Source of the DNA: an uncultured Candidatus Marinamargulisbacteria bacterium
Lineage (GTDB): Bacteria > Margulisbacteria > Riflemargulisbacteria > GWF2-35-9
Direction of reading: 5' to 3'
Assembly: GCA_903902445.1 (NCBI GenBank)
Contig: CAIUUT010000202.1
Coordinates: 1 to 51,694, forward strand
DNA length: 51,694 nt
In this document: positions 19,449-27,092 of the stretch, in pieces
How positions within the stretch are numbered: position 1 is the first letter of the stretch
Layout of the letters: every line of letters begins with the position of its first letter
Translations under genes and position numbers: made by a program
The notes under the pieces: model-generated
Told to the model about the DNA's origin: nothing
The model's input: the letters and a program-made list of their open reading frames with translations, nothing else
The model's database searches: none

Positions 19449-19471
19449 ATAAGAAAAGGGTATGTTATAAT
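19442..19471 (+). promoter_or_regulatory. rpsF operon promoter TTGTCA-18nt-(TGt)TATAAT
   Basis: Extended -10 TGTTATAAT at 19463-19471. About 40-nt leader with an AGGAGG SD before ATG 19511. Confidence 0.55.
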
Positions 19472-19510
19472 CCCTGTGCTTTATCGAAACTTATTTAGGA
19501 GGACACTTGA

Positions 19511-19822
19511 ATGAAATATGAATTAATTATCCTGCTCAACGCAGAATTTAGCGAAGAACAAATTGACGTAATTATTAAAAAATATGAAGAATATATTAAT
19601 AAAAATAATGGTGAATTTATTGGTGCGGAAAAATGGGGAAAACGTCATTTAATGGGCGTCAGTAAATCTCATAAATATACAACAGAAGCCTATTATGTAA
19701 TGATCAATTTTGAAGATACTAAACATCAACTTGATAAACTAAATTACAAAATGAAAATAGACGAAGAAATAATTCGTCATATGATTTCCAGAAAAGTTGA
19801 GGAGCAGGTTGTTGCTTCTTAG
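19511..19822 (+). CDS. rpsF: 30S ribosomal protein S6
   Basis: S6-like sequence (YELIILL..., WGKRHL). Conserved rpsF-ssb-rpsR-rplI context. Confidence 0.9.
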   Translation: MKYELIILLNAEFSEEQIDVIIKKYEEYINKNNGEFIGAEKWGKRHLMGVSKSHKYTTEAYYVMINFEDTKHQLDKLNYKMKIDEEIIRHMISRKVEEQVVAS

Positions 19823-19824
19823 TT

Positions 19825-20202
19825 ATGTCATCTCTTAATAAGATAATACTTATTGGTAAACTATTGGATGATCCTGAAATAAGGGTTACTACTGAAGGCA
19901 CTTCTCTTACCAAGTTTGCCCTGTCTGTAGATAGGTCTTTTGGAGAAGCTAAAGCGGATGTAATAAACATAGTGAATTGGGGTAAGTTAGCGGAACAGGC
20001 TGCCAATGAGTTTAAAAAAGATACACTTGCTTTAGTAGAGGGTAGAATCCAAGTTCGAACCTATGATGATAAGGATGGCGAGAAGGTGTGGGCAACAGAA
20101 GTTGTTTCAAGTTTTATTAAAATTATTGGATCGGCTGGAGTTTCAAGTCAAGCCTCTAGCGCTGTGGAGGAAGAGTTTACGGAAGATGATATTCCGTTCT
20201 AA
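19825..20202 (+). CDS. ssb: single-stranded DNA-binding protein, paralogue 1 (125 aa)
   Basis: OB-fold N-terminus LNKIILIGKLLDDPEIR and an acidic C-terminal tip EDDIPF. Confidence 0.85.
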   Translation: MSSLNKIILIGKLLDDPEIRVTTEGTSLTKFALSVDRSFGEAKADVINIVNWGKLAEQAANEFKKDTLALVEGRIQVRTYDDKDGEKVWATEVVSSFIKIIGSAGVSSQASSAVEEEFTEDDIPF

Positions 20203-20214
20203 CTAAGGGGAAAA

Positions 20215-20607
20215 ATGTATAATAAAGTAGTTCTAATCGGTAATTTAACAAGAGATCCTGATATGCGTTATACTACGGCGGGGATACCTGTTACTCGTTT
20301 TACTATTGCGGTTAACCGAACTTTTAACAAGAGTGAAGGTGAGCAGGCAGATTTTATTCGAATCCTTGCTTGGAGAAAATTAGCTGAATTTTGTGGTGAA
20401 TATTTAACAAAAGGTAAGACTGTGGCCGTGGAAGGCCGTTTGCAAGTCGATTCTTTCGAAAAAGACGGAAAGAAAAAGTTTACGTCCGAGGTACAAGCTG
20501 ATAATATTCAAATACTATCTAGAAAAGATGCTGCTGCTGGTGGTGGATCACTGCCTTCGGCTAGCAAAGAGGGTAGTGGAGTTTCAGACGAAGACATTCC
20601 TTTCTAA
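20215..20607 (+). CDS. ssb: single-stranded DNA-binding protein, paralogue 2 (130 aa)
   Basis: YNKVVLIGNLTRDPDMRYT, then a Gly-rich linker, then the C-terminal tip DEDIPF. Confidence 0.9.
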   Translation: MYNKVVLIGNLTRDPDMRYTTAGIPVTRFTIAVNRTFNKSEGEQADFIRILAWRKLAEFCGEYLTKGKTVAVEGRLQVDSFEKDGKKKFTSEVQADNIQILSRKDAAAGGGSLPSASKEGSGVSDEDIPF

Positions 20608-20655
20608 GAGGGGAATGAGTAACGCTTTATAAGTAATACAGAGGAGGAGATTGAG

Positions 20656-20922
20656 TTGGGTAACAATAATCGAAATACAAGAGATACAGGTACAAGACAG
20701 GTAAAGTTTAGAAGAATAAAGAAAAGGCCATGTAGTTTATGTGCAGCCAACATTGAAGTATTAGACTACAAAGAGGCAAACACATTACGTAGGTATATGA
20801 CTGATAGAGGCAAAATTGCACCTAGAAGAAATTCTGGTTTATGCCCAAAGCATCAAAGAGAAGTGGCAAAATGTATAAAGAAGTCACGTATTATTGGTTT
20901 AGTTCCATATATTGTAGATTAA
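20656..20922 (+). CDS. rpsR: 30S ribosomal protein S18
   Basis: TTG start after GAGGAGGAG. S18 motifs DYKEANTLRRYMTDRGKIAPRR and HQREVAKCIKKSR. Confidence 0.9.
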   Translation: MGNNNRNTRDTGTRQVKFRRIKKRPCSLCAANIEVLDYKEANTLRRYMTDRGKIAPRRNSGLCPKHQREVAKCIKKSRIIGLVPYIVD

Positions 20923-20947
20923 ATTAAAAGAAGGAAGTGAGTTTTAG

Positions 20948-21511
20948 GTGAAAATTATTCTTTTAGAAGATGATGTAAAATTAGGAGATAAAGGTTCAAT
21001 CGTTCAAGTTAAAAGAGGATTCGGTATGAATTTTCTTATTCCTCAGAAAAAAGCAGTTATGGCTACTGAAGGAAACATTTCTATGACCAATAATATGATT
21101 AATGCTCAGAAGAAAAAGGTTGAGAAAGAAAAGCAGAAGCATTTGGCTGATGCAGAAAAAATTAAAACAATTCAATTAGAATTTGAAGTAAAGGCTGCTG
21201 TAAGCGGTCATATTTTTGGAACAATTACCACTGAGCAAGTAGTGGAACAGTTAAAAGAAAAAGCTGGTATTGAAATTTCCAAAAAGAAAGTGGCGATTAG
21301 TACTCACATAAAATTAGCAGGTACATACAGTGTTAAGATAAAATTATTTACTGGTGTTGATGTGGTTATTCCTTTAGTTGTGACTGTGGAAAAGGAAGAT
21401 GAAGAAGCGCTAAGAGCGGAAAAAGCCAAGAAAAAAAGATCTTATAAAAGAGAAGTAGATCCAAACGAAGAAGTTAGATCTAACGATTCAGACGACGATT
21501 ACGAAGATTAG
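20948..21511 (+). CDS. rplI: 50S ribosomal protein L9 with a roughly 40-aa charged C-terminal extension
   Basis: MKIILLEDDVKLGDKGSIVQVKRGFGMNFLIP is a typical L9 N-domain. The tail EKEDEEALRAEKAKKKRSYKREVDPNEEVRSNDSDDDYED lies beyond the normal end. Confidence 0.88.
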   Translation: MKIILLEDDVKLGDKGSIVQVKRGFGMNFLIPQKKAVMATEGNISMTNNMINAQKKKVEKEKQKHLADAEKIKTIQLEFEVKAAVSGHIFGTITTEQVVEQLKEKAGIEISKKKVAISTHIKLAGTYSVKIKLFTGVDVVIPLVVTVEKEDEEALRAEKAKKKRSYKREVDPNEEVRSNDSDDDYED

Positions 21512-21573
21512 GCTTTTTTACCTTTAGTATATAATTACTACTCACGTCTTGCGATTTACGACTTTCGATTTTT

Positions 21574-21604
21574 GTTTACAAAAATTAGTTTGGAGTTTAC
21601 AAAA
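21574..21604 (+). repeat. two copies of GTTTACAAAA, 21 bp start to start, just upstream of and running into the uvrC reading frame
   Basis: Read directly at 21574-21583 and 21595-21604. Confidence 0.6.
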
Positions 21605-21651
21605 TAGAACTGGGTATTGATAATTTTCCGACTTCTCCTGGTATTTATCTT

Positions 21652-23202
21652 ATGAAAGATAAAGCTTGTGAGATAATTTACGTTGGTAAAGCCAAGCACT
21701 TAAAGAAAAGAGTTTCGAGTTATTTTAAGGAAAATGCGTCTTTAGCTCCAAAGATTAAACAATTGGTGAGCAAAGTTTGTAGCATTGACTATGTTACCAC
21801 TCAGACCGAAAAAGAAGCTCTAATCCTCGAGAATCGTTACATCAAGCAGAACAATCCAAAATATAATACCCGCTTAAAAGACAGTAAGACTTTTCCTTAT
21901 TTAAAGCTATCCCTAAAAGAGGAGTTTCCCCGACTAGTAAAAACCAGAGTACGAGAGGAGGATAAGGCTTTATATTTTGGACCCTATGTCTCTGAACGCT
22001 ACTTGGACTCCATTCAAAATATAATTGCTCAATATTTTAATTTGCGAAGATGTAGGCGTCTGAAGAAGGATGCCTGCTTGTATTTTCATTTAGAGGTTTG
22101 TTCTGCACCGTGTATCGGAAGAATTTCAGAGACTTCCTACGCTCAACTCTTAAAAGATGTCGTTTTATTGTTAGAAGGAAAATATATGAAATTGCAGGAA
22201 ATTATCACTCAGAAGATGTATGCAGCAAGCGCTGACCTTAAATTTGAATCAGCTCAAAACTATAAAAATCAACTGGAGGCGATTACAGATCTGCACGAGA
22301 AGCAGCATGTGGAAGCAGTCAATTCTGCGAAAGACTTCGATTATTTTTTGCTTCTAAAGTTCCATGAACATTATATTGTCCAGATTTTTCGCATTAAAAA
22401 TGGCTATTTGGTCCAGAATTATAGTTTTGACGTTAGTGAGGGCGTGGAAATTAGTGATGAGGATTTGCTCACCAATAGTATTTTGCAGTTTTATTTGGAC
22501 TTCACTGATCTTCCGCATGAAATAATTGTTGAGCAAGAAATATATAATCAAGATTTTATAAACATCTTCACCGAGAAGAAAGTGAAGATAAAACTGGCCG
22601 TTGAGGCTGAGCAGATTCAGGTTATGGAGATGTTGAAACAAAATGCCTATCACACGTTGAACAGAAAGTTAATCGTTAAAGAAGAATATGTATATGAAGA
22701 CATTGCCAAAAAGATGAAGCAGGAATTAGGCTTAAGGAAGATTCCTCAACGTATTATTGGTGTCGATATTTCGCATTTAGGTGGAGAAAATATTGTGGCA
22801 TCAATGGTGACGTTCTATAGGGGGGTGCCTGAAAAAAACTTTTATAGGAAGTTTAATATTAAAACCGTGGCCTTTAATGATGATTATGCCTCAATTAAAG
22901 AAGTCGTGTCCCGTATCTTTAAAAATATTACCACTGACTACCGGCCTGATTTAGTGTTAATTGATGGCGGGTTGGGGCAGTTGAATGCGGCCTTAGAGGC
23001 TTTAACGGAACTGGGTATAGAAAATCAAGACATTTGTTCCTTAGCTAAAAAGGAAGAAATTATTTATTTGCCAGATAACAAAGAAAGGGTACAATTAGAG
23101 AGGACAAATATAGGTTTAAAAATATTACAGCAGGTACGCGATGAAGCTCACCGCTTTGCTTTAAACTTTCAACGAACTAAAAGGAAAAAGATTTTTAAAT
23201 GA
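21652..23202 (+). CDS. uvrC: excinuclease ABC subunit C, lacking the C-terminal (HhH)2 domain; start codon unresolved
   Basis: GIY-YIG region (PGIYLMKDKACEIIYVGKAKHLKKRV), UVR motif (LKFESAQNYKNQLEAI) and endonuclease domain ending DEAHRFALNF. The frame is open from 21589, and conserved residues FPTSPGIYL precede the first ATG. Confidence 0.85.
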   Translation: MKDKACEIIYVGKAKHLKKRVSSYFKENASLAPKIKQLVSKVCSIDYVTTQTEKEALILENRYIKQNNPKYNTRLKDSKTFPYLKLSLKEEFPRLVKTRVREEDKALYFGPYVSERYLDSIQNIIAQYFNLRRCRRLKKDACLYFHLEVCSAPCIGRISETSYAQLLKDVVLLLEGKYMKLQEIITQKMYAASADLKFESAQNYKNQLEAITDLHEKQHVEAVNSAKDFDYFLLLKFHEHYIVQIFRIKNGYLVQNYSFDVSEGVEISDEDLLTNSILQFYLDFTDLPHEIIVEQEIYNQDFINIFTEKKVKIKLAVEAEQIQVMEMLKQNAYHTLNRKLIVKEEYVYEDIAKKMKQELGLRKIPQRIIGVDISHLGGENIVASMVTFYRGVPEKNFYRKFNIKTVAFNDDYASIKEVVSRIFKNITTDYRPDLVLIDGGLGQLNAALEALTELGIENQDICSLAKKEEIIYLPDNKERVQLERTNIGLKILQQVRDEAHRFALNFQRTKRKKIFK

Positions 23203-24338
23203 AGAAAATATTAAATATGGCGTGCATACTATTGCTTATATTGTTTAGCTTCGCTTTTTCTACCGACATTAAAGATGCCATCAGTCAGAAACAGAAAGAG
23301 TTAGAAAATATTAATCAGTTAATGATTGAGCAGAAGAATAATCTAAATAAAACTGAGAAACAGGCCAAAGACGTATATTTTACCATTAAAGCCATAGAAT
23401 CAGATTTAGAAAAACAAAATCAGAACCACGTGAGAGTAAATACTCAAATCAATAAAACCACGACTGAAATCGGTGACTTAGAAGCCAAAATAGTGCAAGA
23501 AAAGACCAAATACAATTTGGCAATTGATAGTTTAAAGAACAAACTAGATCAATATTACCGTTTAAGCAATGCTAATATTCTGGAAAATCTTTTTGAAATA
23601 AATAGTTTAACTGAATACATGAATGAACTATATTTTTTTGAGGCTATGGTGACTGCCAACGTGCAGTTCCTTACAGACGTAGCGCAAAAAAAAGAAGAGT
23701 TAGCCTATCATGAGAACAAGTTGGGGCAGAAATTAGGCGTTTTAAAAGAAAAGGTAGGATTTATTGAAATACTTAAAGAGCAGATAAAGGATAATAAGCA
23801 GAAGAAGGAAAAACTTTACAATGATCTGCTTGCCCAAAAAAAAGAGTATGATAAAAATATTAAAGAGTTAGAGAGAGATTCGCAAGAAATATTCCAATTA
23901 ATTACCAAAATGCAAAAACAGGCTAAATCCACAGCGCGCATTGGTGATGGAAGATTTATATGGCCGGTAATAGGCGAAATTTCTTCACCTTTTGGGGAAA
24001 GAATACACCCCATTTTTAAAGTAAGGTCTGTCCACACTGGGGTAGATATTCAGGCTCCATCTGGGCGACCAGTTTTTGCGGCTAGCGATGGAGTCATTCT
24101 TTTTTCGGGTACTTGGGGTGGTTACGGGAAAGCCATTATTATCGATCATGGGGCGAGTATGACAACGCTTTATGGCCACTTATCGCAATATTTTGTAAAG
24201 AAAGGAATATTCGTAAAAAAAGGTCAAATTATTGGGCTAGTCGGTTCTACGGGGTGGTCTACTGGACCTCATTTGCATTTTGAAATTCGTGTTGAGGGTA
24301 AAGAAACAGATCCAATAAAATATTTGCCAAAACAGTAA
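23199..24338 (+). CDS. M23 family metallopeptidase with N-terminal coiled coil (EnvC-like architecture)
   Basis: Signal peptide, long coiled coil, then LytM motifs HTGVDI and GSTGWSTGPHLHFEIR. ATGA overlap with uvrC. Confidence 0.88.
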   Translation: MKKILNMACILLLILFSFAFSTDIKDAISQKQKELENINQLMIEQKNNLNKTEKQAKDVYFTIKAIESDLEKQNQNHVRVNTQINKTTTEIGDLEAKIVQEKTKYNLAIDSLKNKLDQYYRLSNANILENLFEINSLTEYMNELYFFEAMVTANVQFLTDVAQKKEELAYHENKLGQKLGVLKEKVGFIEILKEQIKDNKQKKEKLYNDLLAQKKEYDKNIKELERDSQEIFQLITKMQKQAKSTARIGDGRFIWPVIGEISSPFGERIHPIFKVRSVHTGVDIQAPSGRPVFAASDGVILFSGTWGGYGKAIIIDHGASMTTLYGHLSQYFVKKGIFVKKGQIIGLVGSTGWSTGPHLHFEIRVEGKETDPIKYLPKQ

Positions 24339-24366
24339 ATTCAGCTTAATATAAGCGGGGGAAAAA

Positions 24367-25527
24367 ATGATGAAAAAAATAACTCAAAAAAGTATCCTAA
24401 GTCTGCTAGTAATTTTTTCTGTTAACTTTGGTTTTTCTGTTAACTGGAAACTTCAAACACTTCAAGTTTTTGATATTATTCAAAATAATTTTGTAGAAAG
24501 TAATATTGAAGATAAAACCTTAACTTATGGTGCGATAAAAGGCATGTTAGAGTCATTAAATGACCCTTACTCCAGATTTCTTGAGCCACAAAAATATAGC
24601 GACATGAAAGTCAATTTAAATGGGAATTTTTTTGGAATTGGGATACACATCGGTATTAAAAATAATAAATTGACCGTTATTTCCCCGATCGAAGGTACTC
24701 CTGCTGATAAAGCAGGGTTAAAGTCCTTGGATACAATTGCCTTTATCAATAAGCAAAGTACTGACAAAATGTCGATTGAGGAAGCCGTTTCAAAAATTAG
24801 AGGACCAGAAGGCACTAAAGTTGTTATTGGTATTAAGCGAGATAATGTTGCCGACATCATAGACTATAGTATTGTTCGCGAAAAGATTGAAATAAAGAGT
24901 GTGGACGGTGCCCAAATCTTAACGGGTAATGTTGGCTATTTGCGTTTAGTGTCCTTTGAAAGTAGAGAGGCTACAAAGGAAATAGTGAATGCCATTAAAC
25001 AGTTAAAAAAGAAAAATATGAAATCCTTTGTATTGGATTTAAGAAATAATGGCGGTGGCTTACTTGCCAATGCTCAAACCATTTCTAGTCTTTTTCTAGA
25101 CTCTGGAATAGTCGTTTACACTGTAGACCGCAACGGCAGTAAGATGGGAATCCCTGTTATGCAAAAACAAAAAATTTACAGTGGGCCCTTAGTAATCCTC
25201 ATAAATGGCTCCTCTGCCTCCGCCTCCGAGATTTTAGCGGGTGCTATTAGAGATAATAAAAGAGGTAAATTAGTGGGGACTCATTCTTTTGGTAAGGCCT
25301 CCGTTCAAAATATTGTGCCGATGAGCGATGGCTCTGCGATTCTTCTAACCATAGCCAAATACTATACCCCTAATGGTGACAATATCCATGGAGTAGGAAT
25401 TATGCCTGATGTTGTGGTGGATATCCCTTCCGAAGATATTAAAGAAATGCAGCAGGGTAATTATGTTTATTCCATCGACAAAGACATTCAGTTACAACAA
25501 GCTCTTAAGGTGGCCAGAAGTTTATAA
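24367..25527 (+). CDS. ctpA: S41 family carboxy-terminal processing protease
   Basis: PDZ region. RNNGGG. Catalytic Ser context GSSASASEILAGA. Lys context FGKASVQ. Confidence 0.9.
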   Translation: MMKKITQKSILSLLVIFSVNFGFSVNWKLQTLQVFDIIQNNFVESNIEDKTLTYGAIKGMLESLNDPYSRFLEPQKYSDMKVNLNGNFFGIGIHIGIKNNKLTVISPIEGTPADKAGLKSLDTIAFINKQSTDKMSIEEAVSKIRGPEGTKVVIGIKRDNVADIIDYSIVREKIEIKSVDGAQILTGNVGYLRLVSFESREATKEIVNAIKQLKKKNMKSFVLDLRNNGGGLLANAQTISSLFLDSGIVVYTVDRNGSKMGIPVMQKQKIYSGPLVILINGSSASASEILAGAIRDNKRGKLVGTHSFGKASVQNIVPMSDGSAILLTIAKYYTPNGDNIHGVGIMPDVVVDIPSEDIKEMQQGNYVYSIDKDIQLQQALKVARSL

Positions 25528-25577
25528 CAGGTTATCTACAGAGCTCACAAATTAGCCATTAATGAAAGGATAATTAA

Positions 25578-26441
25578 GTGAAGGCAAAAGTATTAGGGAT
25601 ATTTTTCTTCCTAATATTTATCAACCTTGTTATCTTAGGCTTTAAAATTATACAGTTAGATAGAGGCGTAGAAAAATTTGTAGACCCCTTGGCTCCAGCC
25701 CAAAGTACAAAAGAGATCCCCAAGACTAATTCCGCTCTTCCAAAGATAGCAATCGTTTTAGATGATGTGGGTGTTAAAACCCCACTGAATAATGTGTTGC
25801 TGGCTATTCCCTATAAACTAAATATCGCGATAATCCCCGGGTTAAATGACAGTAAGACCTTACTTAAAGAGTATTTACTTCGTCCAAATTTTGAAATGCT
25901 CTTGCATATGCCTATGGATAAAGTGAGTCATTCTGATAATCAGGAAAGCCGAGAATATGCCTATACTGGGAAATATCCCTATATCATAACGACAGCGCAA
26001 CACAAGAATCAAATGATCAAGACCTTAGACAAGGCTTTTTCTAGTGTAGATGGGTATGGTGCTTTGAAGGGGATAAACAATCATTATGGGTCCAGTGTTA
26101 CGGCCTCCGCCAATATGATGCTGGTCATTAGTAAGTGGGCAAAAAGTCATGGAATGTATGTTTTGGACAGCTTGTCGACACCCCATTCTATCGCCTATGA
26201 GGTAGCTAAGAAACGTAAAATTAAGGCCATATATAATGAAATATTTTTAGATAATATCAATTCGGAAGAATATATTCTTGGCCAACTCAGCAAAGCCCAA
26301 AGACTTGCTGAAAGAAACGGACATGTTGTCGCCATTGCTAATGCTAATAGTGAACTTACCCTTAAGGTATTAATTACAGAAATGCCTCGAATTATCAGCG
26401 AAAATTTTGAGTTTGTTTTTGTTTCGGAGCTAATCGAATAG
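25578..26441 (+). CDS. divergent polysaccharide deacetylase family protein (YibQ-like)
   Basis: N-terminal TM helix. IAIVLDDVG and NNHYGS motifs typical of the YibQ/DUF610 family. GTG start. Confidence 0.8.
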   Translation: MKAKVLGIFFFLIFINLVILGFKIIQLDRGVEKFVDPLAPAQSTKEIPKTNSALPKIAIVLDDVGVKTPLNNVLLAIPYKLNIAIIPGLNDSKTLLKEYLLRPNFEMLLHMPMDKVSHSDNQESREYAYTGKYPYIITTAQHKNQMIKTLDKAFSSVDGYGALKGINNHYGSSVTASANMMLVISKWAKSHGMYVLDSLSTPHSIAYEVAKKRKIKAIYNEIFLDNINSEEYILGQLSKAQRLAERNGHVVAIANANSELTLKVLITEMPRIISENFEFVFVSELIE

Positions 26442-26500
26442 CCATGTCTATTTTATTTCCCTGAGTATATGGCGGCACAGTTTTGTAAACAGTATCCGCA

Positions 26501-26943
26501 AATCGTCCAGATGTGAGGCTGAGTCATACCCCTCAGACCGATGAGAGCTGCATCTGAAGACAGTCCATCGAGCTAACAGAATATTTAGGAACAAGGTGGG
26601 TATTGTCAGAGATAATATAGCTGAAAGAATATAATAAGACCTAGTTTAGTTGCTGAGGTTAATGGTGTTTTATCCTGTTCTGAGTTTGTTGTGAATTTTC
26701 TCGGGTGGATACATGTCATCATAAGAAATTGAGCGTTAGCATGAGCTATCTCCCTAAAGCTGAAACGAGCAAACCACTTATTCCATTTGATATTGCCAAA
26801 AACAGGCTCCACAATTTTCATTCTCTTTTTGTAGCGCTCATACCCCATTTCTGCCTCCTTCTCTATCCTTACTCACTATCTATATTTTACTCAATTTCTT
26901 CTTTAATTTACAGGTTGTGGGACAGCCTCGCGCGTGGACGATT
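26501..26943 (-). mobile_element. internally deleted IS remnant bounded by 21-bp imperfect inverted repeats
   Basis: Left AATCGTCCAgatgtGAGGCTG (26501-26521). The reverse complement of the right end (26923-26943) reads AATCGTCCAcgcgcGAGGCTG, giving 16/21 identical. A transposase C-terminal fragment lies inside. The left part is locally GC-richer. Confidence 0.5.
26606..26848 (-). pseudogene. DDE transposase C-terminal fragment (IS5/IS1182-like)
   Basis: YKKRMKIVEPVFGNIKWNKWFARFSFR matches the conserved Y-x-R-x3-E-x2-FG-x-K...RF C-terminal motif of these transposases. The catalytic N-terminal part is absent. Confidence 0.6.
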
Positions 26944-27092
26944 GAAATAGTCACATAATGATGTCGTTACCGAAAAAACGGCCATAAGCAGTATGTGATT
27001 GTTCTAATAATTGCCTTTGCGCAAGTTGTGTATCGACTACAATAATGATAGAATGAAATGAGTTAACTTAGGCATTCACTGGTTGTTAGTTT

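Noticed and set aside
19348-19510. T-box riboswitch upstream of glyQ (and of glyS at 3418-3581)
   Set aside because: Each region is only about 160 nt and is shared with a divergent promoter. I found no T-box consensus (GGGTGGTACCGCG-like) or terminator/antiterminator pair. The -10 boxes sit 7 nt from the ATGs, leaving no leader.
26705-26950. 81-aa plus-strand ORF in the IS remnant
   Set aside because: It is antisense to the transposase fragment, whose frame carries the recognisable conserved motif. The plus-strand translation shows no homology features.
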